DNA of 64,000 bases, taken from positions 18,541 through 82,540 of the forward strand of contig JAQBWV010000002.1 in the NCBI GenBank assembly GCA_027624335.1, read 5' to 3'. Below the pieces are notes generated by a model that searched no databases, had not been told where the DNA came from, and saw nothing but the letters and a program-made list of their open reading frames with translations. The number at the start of each line of letters is the position of its first letter. Position 1 is the first letter of the stretch. The DNA comes from Planctomycetota bacterium. Lineage in GTDB: Bacteria; Planctomycetota; Planctomycetia; Planctomycetales; Planctomycetaceae. A program made the position numbers and the translations under genes. Shown one piece after another: positions 56,242 to 64,000 of this stretch.

Positions 56242-59200
56242 TCAGTCGATGTAGACAAACTCGTTCATGCACAGGATCAAATGGCAGAAGTCGCTAACGG
56301 CCAGAGCTTCCGCGTTGGCATCGGTCCCTCGCGATTCCTTCTGGCGTCGAATGAAATCGGCCATTCCCAGGCGTTCGGCTTCTGTGGCCGGACGGGAGAC
56401 AGCAACCTGGTACGCGCGATCAATGGCCTGTTCGACTGATGTCTCGGCGTTGGGTGTGACTCGAGCAGCGAACTTTGTTGCCAGGGATCGAATGATCGGC
56501 GAATTCAGAAGTGCCAGAGCCTGCGGCGCGACCGTGCTTTCTTCGCGAGTGGCGATGCCCTGCATAGTGTCCGGGGCGTCAAACAGTTTCAGCAGTGGAA
56601 TCAGCCGACTTCGTTTCACCGTGAAATAGATGCTTCGACGAGTGCTGTTCTCGTCCAGCGTCCCTTTGCCGAATTTGGTGCCGTCCAGCGTCCCACTCAC
56701 CGCCAGCAGCGAATCCCGAATGATCTCTGCTTCCAGCCGACGTGAATTGCGTCTCCAGAACAGCAGATTCTCTGGATCGAGTTTGCTCCCGCTTCTGGAA
56801 ACGTCACCGGACTCCATGTAAACGGCACTGCTCATGATCAGTTTGTGAATCGGCTTCAATTTCCATTGATGTCGGATCAGCTCTGAGGCCAGCCAGTCCA
56901 GTAATTCAGGATGCGACGGTCGTTCACCGCGAGTGCCAAAGTCGCTGGGCGTTGCCACAATGCCTCGACCGAAATGCTGATACCAGAGCCGGTTGACGAT
57001 GACTCGTGCCAGCAGGTGCCCTCCGCCCCGTTCGACATCCGTCAGCCAGTCAGCCAGGCCGAGCCGGCCAGGTCGCGGCTTGTCAGCGGCTGCAGGATCG
57101 GTCAGCCACTGCTTCTCTTCCTGATCCGTCCGCATGAGCACTCGCAGAAACCCTGGACTTGCCTCGTCTTCCTTATTATCGACGTTGCCTCGACGCAACT
57201 GGTAGACCTTGTAGGTGTCTGCTCCGAACTGATACGTCGATCCGTTCACGCGTGCAGCGAACACGCTGGTCAGTTCTGGCTGTGGATTGCTGGTCTCGTG
57301 TCTCGACACGATCTGATTGAGGTTCAGCCAATCGAGATCGAAGCCCTTGTGCCAGTCTTTCAGTTTTGCCTTCTGCGCGTCATCCCGTTTTTCGGCCTCG
57401 ATTGCGAGAATCGCCGCGATATCCGTTGGTGCTTGAGCCACGCTGGCCGCGAAGAAGAAGCCGGTCGCTCCGCCAGCGTTGGCGATCTTCATCAGCAATT
57501 CGTTACGCCCGGCGGCAAGCTGGATCGCGACAGTTTCCTGACCAGCTGCGGCAACGTTGCGGCCAACTTTCTTCGCCAGCACCGATCGACCATTGACCCA
57601 CAACTTGATTCCGTCATCACTTCCCAGCGACAGCGACAATACTTGAGGCTTGCCGACCTCGATCACCCGGAACAGATAGTTGGCGCTGTTGGGTCCTGTC
57701 AGTTTGTCGTTGTGAGCCTCACCATCTTTCCACGCCGGTTGCTCTGTCCATTTGAGTTTTCCCTCTTCGAACGAGCGACCTGGGTCTGTGTCAAGTTCCG
57801 GTGGGAAGACCTTATCGAACGCGACATTAAAGTCGCTCGCGGCAAACGGCCCGACATGCCACCAGTTGCCGATGCCGGGCACTGAAGCCGTCGTCATCGA
57901 AGTGACGCTGAAGTAGAAGCCCGACGGGCCTCCACCGTTGACGATCTTCATCAGGAGTTCGTTGCGGCCCTTTCTTAGAGAGACCTGAACGACGTCCTGC
58001 CCTGCAGCAACGCCCCCGGAGACGAGCTTCGACAGCACCTGTTCGCCGTTGACCCAGACTTTGATGGCATCGTCTCTGCCGAGAGATAATGAAACCGTTT
58101 GCTCCTGCGGCGACTCGATGACTCGGAAGAGGTAGTTGGCTGAGCTGTCACCGGCCAGCGTGTTGTGAATCTCGCCGTCCTTCCAGTCAGGTTGCGCCGT
58201 CCACTTTACCTTTCCCTCGAGATAGGTCGCCGCCAGGCTGACTGTCTTCTCCGGTTCAAACGCCTGCTCGAATGCAGTTTCAAAACTCGCTGCTGGAAAC
58301 GGCCCGGCGTGGTGCCAGGGGTCCAGCTTCAGAGATGCCGTTTCCGCCACCCGCACTTCGGCCGCCGCCGTTTCCTCGAGCGTCGCCAGCCAGTTTTCGA
58401 GTCGACCGGGCAGTTGTTCTTTCTCATATTTCGTACGAGCACCGACGAGCGGAGCCAATGCCGCATCGTATTCGCCCTTCGCCTTGCGAAACGCTTCCGG
58501 CCGCATGTTGATGCCCGTGTCCGAGAAACCAACGTCGGCGAAACATGATGTCAACCGGTAGTAATCAAACTGCGGCAGCGGATCGAACTTGTGACTGTGG
58601 CAACGACTGCAACCAACCGTGAGCCCAAGCAGCGACGTGCCCAGCGTGCTCACGATATCGTCGAGCTGTTCATAGCGACTGCGTTCCCGTTCCTTCTGGG
58701 TCTGCTGTGTCGTATACGGTCCTGCGACGAGAAAACCGGTTGCAGCCGTCGTGTTGACCGCTTCCTTCGCTTCTTCTGTCGTCTGCACATTGATGTTGGT
58801 CAGCAGGTCACCCGCAATCTGCAATCGCACGAATTCGTCGTAGGGCATGTCCGAATTCAACGCCTGGATAACGAAGTCGCGATAGTGCCAGGCGTTCGGT
58901 CGGTCGCCATCAAAGGCGTACCCATTGCTTTCCGCAAAACGAGTAATGTCGAGCCAGTGTCGTGCCCAGCGTTCGCCGTAGTGTTCGCTGGCGAGCAACT
59001 CGTCAATCAACAGCCCGTACGCGGCAGTCGGATCGTGCTCAAACTCCGCCACGAATTTCGCGACCGCTTCAGGCTCTGGTGGCAATCCGATCAAATCGAA
59101 ATACGCCCGACGAATCAACGTTCGCGAGTCTGCGGTGTGGTTGGGTGTCACTCCTGCCGCTTCCAGTCTGGCTCGGATGAACCGATCGACAGACGTACGA

Positions 59201-59691
59201 CCCCAGTTCGCATCTGTAACTTCAGGTGGTGGCGGTAGGGCCAGCGGCTGAAAGGCCCAGTGTTTGCGACCGGCTTCGAGGTCTATCTCCGACGCCGCCA
59301 CAACAGCAATTCCATCACGTGGATCGGGTGCTCCCATTTCGATCCACTTGACGAAATGCGCTATCAACTCATCAGGCAACTTGCCCTTGGGTGGCATCTT
59401 GAAAGAATCGTGTTTGAGTGCGCTGATCAGCAGACTCTCGCCCGGTTTGCCAGGCACGACCGCAGGACCGCTTTCGCCTCCCTTGCGACAGCCGTCTCGA
59501 GAATCCAGCAGCAAGGCTCCCTTCAGATTCTTCTTTGCCGCCGCCCCCATCGAATGGCACTCGTAACAATGTGTTACGAGCATGGGTCGAATCTTCGCTT
59601 CGAAGAAATCCAACCCTTTGCGATCAGGCTCTGCGCTCTCAACTCGGAATGTGCCAGCCAGAAAAACGATCAAGAGAGTCACAAATCTCAT
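56242..59691 (-). CDS. PSCyt1 (CxxCH) + DUF1549 + two tandem beta-sandwich domains + DUF1553 protein
   Basis: 1149 aa with a signal peptide. Heme-like motif HCYECH with KMPPKGKLP. DUF1549 blocks DRFIRARLEAAGV and YGERWARHWLDITRFAESNGY, plus CSRCHSHKFDP. DUF1553 blocks NRLWYQHFGRGIV.TPSDFGTRGERPSHPELLDWLA and LCMNEFVYID. Confidence 0.9.
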   Translation of the reverse strand: MRFVTLLIVFLAGTFRVESAEPDRKGLDFFEAKIRPMLVTHCYECHSMGAAAKKNLKGALLLDSRDGCRKGGESGPAVVPGKPGESLLISALKHDSFKMPPKGKLPDELIAHFVKWIEMGAPDPRDGIAVVAASEIDLEAGRKHWAFQPLALPPPPEVTDANWGRTSVDRFIRARLEAAGVTPNHTADSRTLIRRAYFDLIGLPPEPEAVAKFVAEFEHDPTAAYGLLIDELLASEHYGERWARHWLDITRFAESNGYAFDGDRPNAWHYRDFVIQALNSDMPYDEFVRLQIAGDLLTNINVQTTEEAKEAVNTTAATGFLVAGPYTTQQTQKERERSRYEQLDDIVSTLGTSLLGLTVGCSRCHSHKFDPLPQFDYYRLTSCFADVGFSDTGINMRPEAFRKAKGEYDAALAPLVGARTKYEKEQLPGRLENWLATLEETAAAEVRVAETASLKLDPWHHAGPFPAASFETAFEQAFEPEKTVSLAATYLEGKVKWTAQPDWKDGEIHNTLAGDSSANYLFRVIESPQEQTVSLSLGRDDAIKVWVNGEQVLSKLVSGGVAAGQDVVQVSLRKGRNELLMKIVNGGGPSGFYFSVTSMTTASVPGIGNWWHVGPFAASDFNVAFDKVFPPELDTDPGRSFEEGKLKWTEQPAWKDGEAHNDKLTGPNSANYLFRVIEVGKPQVLSLSLGSDDGIKLWVNGRSVLAKKVGRNVAAAGQETVAIQLAAGRNELLMKIANAGGATGFFFAASVAQAPTDIAAILAIEAEKRDDAQKAKLKDWHKGFDLDWLNLNQIVSRHETSNPQPELTSVFAARVNGSTYQFGADTYKVYQLRRGNVDNKEDEASPGFLRVLMRTDQEEKQWLTDPAAADKPRPGRLGLADWLTDVERGGGHLLARVIVNRLWYQHFGRGIVATPSDFGTRGERPSHPELLDWLASELIRHQWKLKPIHKLIMSSAVYMESGDVSRSGSKLDPENLLFWRRNSRRLEAEIIRDSLLAVSGTLDGTKFGKGTLDENSTRRSIYFTVKRSRLIPLLKLFDAPDTMQGIATREESTVAPQALALLNSPIIRSLATKFAARVTPNAETSVEQAIDRAYQVAVSRPATEAERLGMADFIRRQKESRGTDANAEALAVSDFCHLILCMNEFVYID
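57439..58326 (-). repeat. Tandem duplication of a ~145-aa beta-sandwich domain inside the PSCyt/DUF1553 gene (protein-level repeat)
   Basis: Copy A (aa ~456-598) reads WHHAGPF..KVKWTAQPDWKDGEIHN..SANYLFRVIESPQEQTVSLSLGRDDAIKVWVNGEQV..GRNELLMKIVNGGGPSGFYF. Copy B (aa ~607-751) reads WWHVGPF..KLKWTEQPAWKDGEAHN..SANYLFRVIEVGKPQVLSLSLGSDDGIKLWVNGRSV..GRNELLMKIANAGGATGFFF. Confidence 0.85.
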
Positions 59692-59949
59692 CGTGTTGTC
59701 CTGTTATTTCGATGGGCGGTCGCGGCGTGTGTGCTTCGAGTAACGCTTCTCTGGTTACCTGATATTCAAGCAGACGATTAGAACTCGAGTGCCAGAAAAA
59801 CACAAGAAGCCATGCGGCGTTATCGGGTGTTGCGACCAGGGCGGGATCAGGGGCAGGAGTTCATCAGCAGCGGATGAGCAGTCTACCACAATCGCCGACG
59901 ACAGAAAGCTGTTCCAGCAGTTCTCGCCTGACACTCAGCTGATTGACGA

Positions 59950-62900
59950 CTACTTGGATCGGAACGGCTCGGATGTCGCGATGAAGCTGATCAGAGTGCG
60001 AAGTGTTTGATCGTTCTTCCGTACATGATCAACTGCAGCTTTGACATGCAATGTGTCGGCCACGCCGAGTTCGCGACCCAGTGCGTACGTGTAGAGTTTT
60101 CCGGCGAGGCAGTTCAGGAAGAGTTCCTGTTTCTGCTCCAGTACGCGCTGCAGACCGTCGACGCCGACGAATTCAGTCCCATCGAGCATCTTCGCGGATG
60201 CGTCGATTACCGGATCATTCCTGCCGATGCGTCCCTTGTAGCCGAAGCCTTCCTGATCGCGCCATTCGCCAGCGGCATTGAAATTCTCCAGCGAGAATCC
60301 CAGCGGATCGATCTTGTTGTGACAGCGAGCGCACTGTGGCAGCGATCGGTGAATTTCGAGCCGTTTTCGTACCGTCGCTTTGTCGATCCCCGGCACTTTG
60401 GGAGCGATGTCTCCCGCATTGGCAACCGGCAGTCCAGGGTCGATGCCGAGCAGATTCTTCATCACCCAGGTGCCACGTTTCACCGGCGAGGTTCGTGTAC
60501 CGTTGGAAGTTACCGACAGCACGGAAGCCTGTGTCACAATCCCTCCGCGATGAACACCGGTTGGAACTTCAACTCGTCGGAAGTGGTCGCCACGAACTCC
60601 TGGAATGCCATAAAAGCGACCCAGTCGCTCGTTGATCACCACAAAATCGGATCGCACAAAGTTCATGAGGTCCAGATCGCTGCGCAGGATCTCTCCGAAG
60701 AACGCCTTGGACTCTTCGATGATTGACACTTCCAGATGACGATCGTATCTCGGGTAAAGATCGCCAGCCGGCGGATTGGCACCGACTTCGCGCAGACTTA
60801 ACCACTGTCCAGCGAAGTTGTTGACAAACGCTTCCGATCGAGAATCACGGATCATTCGATCAACCTGCTGAGCAATGATCGTCGGCTCGGTCAAGCGCCC
60901 GGATTCAGCGAGGTCGAACAGTTCGTCATCGGGCATTGTGCTCCAGAGAAAGTACGACAATCGACTCGCCAGTTCGAATGCACCAAGACGCCGTCCCGTC
61001 CGTATCGAATCCTCGGTTGTATTTTCCGAGCCTCGTAGCGGAGCGGTCGTTTCGGTTCGAGCCGGCACGCTGCCAGATGGCGTGTTCGCTGTCGGGGTCG
61101 AACGGGAAGGCGTGCTGGCAGCAGGAGCAGGCGTCGATTTCGGACCTTCCTTCGTTACTGCGGGCGGTTCGAGACTTCGGACGATCGCACGGATCATTTC
61201 GCGGTCGCGAGCGGAAAAATCGACCAGTGGAACGAGGAACGTACTGCCGTTCGTGCGTTCCAGTTTGACCTTCAATCCGTCCATGCCGGCAACCCGTCCT
61301 CTGATCTTTCGGCCTCGCGTATCAACGAACTGCCGAAACACTTTCGCGGCCGTTTGCGCGGAATTCGCATCCGTTGCCGACGAACTGCGAACCTGAGCCA
61401 GCACCGGATGACCGAGACTCTGAACCCGCTCGTAGGCATCGAGTAGCGCTCGACCAGGGTAGGGTTCGCTGTTCGAAGCGACAGACTGGTTCTGACCTCC
61501 CGGCTCAGCCAGGTACAGGAAATGTGGGGACACCAGCACGGCGCTCAACGGAGTCTTGATCGCTTCCTCGAACGACGAAACATCGCTTCGCACGAGGTCA
61601 AACAAATCCAGCTTTCCGTCAACTTCGTCATCACTGACCGGTCGCCGGTAGGCCCGCTTCATGAAGCGGGCCAGCACGGCTCGCGCGTATCCACGTTCGT
61701 CGCTGCCCGACAGAGGCGAGTCGAACAGAAGTTTGCGGTGGCTCTCTGGTGGCCATGATTCGTAAATCGGACCTTCGAGCTCGAACCAGTCGACCCACAA
61801 CTCTGGTCGAGCGAAATTATCGTGCCCCTGCATCCAGAAGTTTTCGAGCTCCTTCGGCACGCTGTAGGCATAGTCGACGGTGATGCCCGCCTTCCACGTC
61901 GTCATTCGCGTTCGCATCTCGTACAGCTTCGGGTTCTCGACCGACGCGTCGACGTCGATCTCCCCCACAACGATCGGCTGTCCTGCGAGATTGACGATCA
62001 GTTTCAGTCGCGGTGGCCCGTAGTCGTACATGCGGTCCGTGCGGAAATGATTGAGGTTCTCTTCAAACTGCTCGTCGAGCCATTTCTTACCAGCGGGATT
62101 CTTTGCCATCTGTTCGTCGCGACGATGATTCAGAAAACCACGAGCGGCTTCGACAACGTCGGTTCGGGAAGGAACCTTTCCTCCCGCTCGGATTCGGATG
62201 AAGTATTCGCCATCGTACGGCAACGCAAAATCCCGAGCGTTGAGATTTCGGTCCCAGCTGTTGTGGTGCATGACTCGAAAGCCGTTCTCAGCTCGATTCT
62301 TCCCGCCATTCACGATCAAACGCTGTCCGTCGTAAGTGACTCGGTTCGAGTCGGAATCTCCGGACTCAGGCTCGAATCTCCACTTCAGCATCGAAGGTTG
62401 AGGTCCTTCAACCAGTGCCAGATCGAAAATGTCCCGAGCGGACTGGTAGTACAGCTCCAGGTGCAACGGAGACAGTGTCAACGCTCCACCGTTGTTGTCG
62501 AACCCGCCCGTCGGCGGATCCTGCGGAAAACGTGCCGGATCAAAATCGACACCCACGAGGTCACGAATTGTGTTGCGATACTCCGCTCGATTCATTCGTC
62601 TCAGCACGATCGCCGAGTCGCGCCGGTACAGCTCGACGCGTGCCACCTGCTGAGTGATCCAGTCGACAACTTTCGCGACGGTGTCGACCGCCGGCTGAGG
62701 CTCATCTTCGGGCGGCATTTCGTGGCTGTTGAGGACGTTGATGACTTCGCCCCAGCGTGCCTTGATGACGACATCCTGAAAGTCGCTACTCAATTGGGTG
62801 TCGACACGAAATTCGCCTTCCGCTTCCTTTACACCATGACACCGTACGCAGTGCTGCCTGAAGAACGGCTGAATGATTTCCTGAAACCCGGCGTCATCGG

Positions 62901-63024
62901 CCACGAATGCCGACTCTTCAGCCAAGGTTGTTAACACGGTGGCACCGTTTACGGCGAGGATCAGCACACTCAGCGCGAGCCGTCTCGCAGTTACGAATCC
63001 GCTCCGCTCAGACAGGTGTTGCAT
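59950..63024 (-). CDS. DUF1592/DUF1595/DUF1587/DUF1588/DUF1585-family protein (PSCyt3-type cytochrome-like N-terminus) with an internal insertion
   Basis: FFRQHCVRCHG, LNSHEMPP and RRMNRAEYRNTIRDLVGVDF (DUF1587). PHFLY and ELASRLSYFLWSTMPDDEL (DUF1592). GGIVTQASVLSVTSNGTRTSPVKRGTWV (DUF1588). CARCHNKIDPLGFSLENF (DUF1585). The start is ATG 63024 or GTG 63051. Confidence 0.88.
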   Translation of the reverse strand: MQHLSERSGFVTARRLALSVLILAVNGATVLTTLAEESAFVADDAGFQEIIQPFFRQHCVRCHGVKEAEGEFRVDTQLSSDFQDVVIKARWGEVINVLNSHEMPPEDEPQPAVDTVAKVVDWITQQVARVELYRRDSAIVLRRMNRAEYRNTIRDLVGVDFDPARFPQDPPTGGFDNNGGALTLSPLHLELYYQSARDIFDLALVEGPQPSMLKWRFEPESGDSDSNRVTYDGQRLIVNGGKNRAENGFRVMHHNSWDRNLNARDFALPYDGEYFIRIRAGGKVPSRTDVVEAARGFLNHRRDEQMAKNPAGKKWLDEQFEENLNHFRTDRMYDYGPPRLKLIVNLAGQPIVVGEIDVDASVENPKLYEMRTRMTTWKAGITVDYAYSVPKELENFWMQGHDNFARPELWVDWFELEGPIYESWPPESHRKLLFDSPLSGSDERGYARAVLARFMKRAYRRPVSDDEVDGKLDLFDLVRSDVSSFEEAIKTPLSAVLVSPHFLYLAEPGGQNQSVASNSEPYPGRALLDAYERVQSLGHPVLAQVRSSSATDANSAQTAAKVFRQFVDTRGRKIRGRVAGMDGLKVKLERTNGSTFLVPLVDFSARDREMIRAIVRSLEPPAVTKEGPKSTPAPAASTPSRSTPTANTPSGSVPARTETTAPLRGSENTTEDSIRTGRRLGAFELASRLSYFLWSTMPDDELFDLAESGRLTEPTIIAQQVDRMIRDSRSEAFVNNFAGQWLSLREVGANPPAGDLYPRYDRHLEVSIIEESKAFFGEILRSDLDLMNFVRSDFVVINERLGRFYGIPGVRGDHFRRVEVPTGVHRGGIVTQASVLSVTSNGTRTSPVKRGTWVMKNLLGIDPGLPVANAGDIAPKVPGIDKATVRKRLEIHRSLPQCARCHNKIDPLGFSLENFNAAGEWRDQEGFGYKGRIGRNDPVIDASAKMLDGTEFVGVDGLQRVLEQKQELFLNCLAGKLYTYALGRELGVADTLHVKAAVDHVRKNDQTLRTLISFIATSEPFRSK

Positions 63025-63188
63025 GATTCCACACTCCGGATGACTGACCACAGGTATGAGGATACGAACTCAGAGACATCCTTCAATGCACCGGATGGGT
63101 GACTCCGCCCGAACCGCCGCGCTATACTTTCCGGCTGACAGACTTTCCGATCGGGTTGTTCGGAAGCAGCCTCAACAGGAGACACCAC

Positions 63189-64000
63189 ATGAAGCTTCGA
63201 ATCTTCAGCCTCGTTTTAAGTGTGATCGTCGTTTCTCAGACCGCGACATTTGCCGCAGATTCCATCAAGGCTCTGATAATCGACGGCCAGAATAATCATG
63301 GAGCGTGGCCAAAAACCACGTTCATGATGAAGAAGTATCTCGAAGAGACAAAGCTGTTCACTGTCGACATCGCACGGACGGCGTTCACAACGAACGGTGA
63401 GGGGCTGCTAAAGGAGTACCCTCTCGAAGGCTTCGATTCGACACCGACAAAACAGGCACAGACTGACCCCAATTTCAAACCGGAATTCTCAAAGTACGAC
63501 GTTGTCATCTCTAACTTCGGACACGGAGCGGCTCCCTGGCCCACAGAGACACAGACCGCTTTCGAATCCTACATGAAGAACGGAGGGGGCTTCGTCGTGA
63601 TTCATGCCGCAAACAATTCGTTTGGCGACTGGCCAGCGTACAACGAGATGATCGGCATCGGTGGCTGGGGCGGTCGGAACGAAAAGAGCGGCCCCTACGT
63701 CTACTTCAATGACGATGGAAAACTGATCCGCGACGAATCGCCCGGTGGCGGCGGACACCACGGACCTCAGCACCCATTTACAATTCGGACACGCGACGAC
63801 TCGCACCCGATTACGCAGGGCATGCCAGCTGAGTGGCTGCACTCGAAAGATGAATTGTACGACAAGCTCCGCGGGCCGGCCGTCAACATGCAGATACTTG
63901 CAACGGCATATGCCGACCCCGCAGCTGGAGGCAGCGGTCGTCACGAACCGATGCTCGTCGCACTCTCCTACGGGAGGGGGCGAATCTTTCACACGCCCAT
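63189..64000 (+). CDS. ThuA-domain (trehalose-utilisation-like) secreted protein; 3' end lies outside the window
   Basis: This gene is not in the ORF track because no stop is reached. I read it directly: ATG 63189 gives MKLRIFSLVLSVIVVSQTATFAADSIKALIIDGQNNHGAWPKTT...YDVVISNFGHGAAPWP..GGGFVVIHAANNSF..GIGGWGGRN..HPITQGMP..WLHSKDELY..., open to base 64000. Confidence 0.8.
   Translation, partial: MKLRIFSLVLSVIVVSQTATFAADSIKALIIDGQNNHGAWPKTTFMMKKYLEETKLFTVDIARTAFTTNGEGLLKEYPLEGFDSTPTKQAQTDPNFKPEFSKYDVVISNFGHGAAPWPTETQTAFESYMKNGGGFVVIHAANNSFGDWPAYNEMIGIGGWGGRNEKSGPYVYFNDDGKLIRDESPGGGGHHGPQHPFTIRTRDDSHPITQGMPAEWLHSKDELYDKLRGPAVNMQILATAYADPAAGGSGRHEPMLVALSYGRGRIFHTP

Noticed and set aside
63296-63992. 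Minus-strand ORFs 63296..63544 (82 aa) and 63489..63992 (167 aa) at the window edge.
   Set aside because: The plus strand from ATG 63189 encodes a clear signal peptide plus ThuA-like domain that runs off the window. The listed ORFs are its antisense shadows.
1-64000. Search for CRISPR arrays, rRNA genes, prophage blocks, integrases or recognisable defence genes (restriction-modification, toxin-antitoxin, Cas, retrons).
   Set aside because: I saw no regularly spaced direct repeats and no such gene signatures in any frame. Apart from the IS630 relic, the window looks like core chromosome.

Overview
This is a dense, almost fully coding chromosomal segment of about 45 genes on both strands. I recognised no rRNA, tRNA or CRISPR array. 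The gene content reads as a planctomycete genome: four Tat-signal DUF1501 sulfatase-like genes, two DUF1553-type genes (one full PSCyt1/DUF1549/DUF1553 giant, one 5'-truncated LamG/DUF1553 gene), a DUF1592-family giant, a DUF1559 'H-X9-DG' pseudopilin-like protein, LRR lipoproteins, ThuA and Gfo/Idh/MocA oxidoreductases. Housekeeping blocks are moaE-moaA, apbE, csrA, glnE and rplY-pth-rpsF-ssb-rplI-dnaB-rlmN. The only clear mobile DNA is a decayed IS630-family transposase (49.7-50.8 kb). It sits next to an MscK-type channel gene whose reading frame is broken.

The best candidate for something undescribed is a three-gene operon at 27.8-33.5 kb. There a CPC-type P1B heavy-metal ATPase is fused in frame to an extra TM segment plus an HflK-like SPFH (band-7) domain. 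It is followed by an HflC-like gene and a translationally coupled HflK-like gene.

Secondary leads:
- a site-2-protease (M50) core fused to a HlyD-type periplasmic adaptor, preceded by a stand-alone FeoA-like gene;
- a GlnE adenylyltransferase with two ACT-like domains inserted between its two halves;
- a DUF1501 gene translationally coupled to a WD40 gene;
- a DUF1592 protein with an SHD1-like insertion.

All family calls come from motif recognition by eye, not from database searches. Start codons are provisional, and the ORF track uses GTG/TTG starts as well as ATG.
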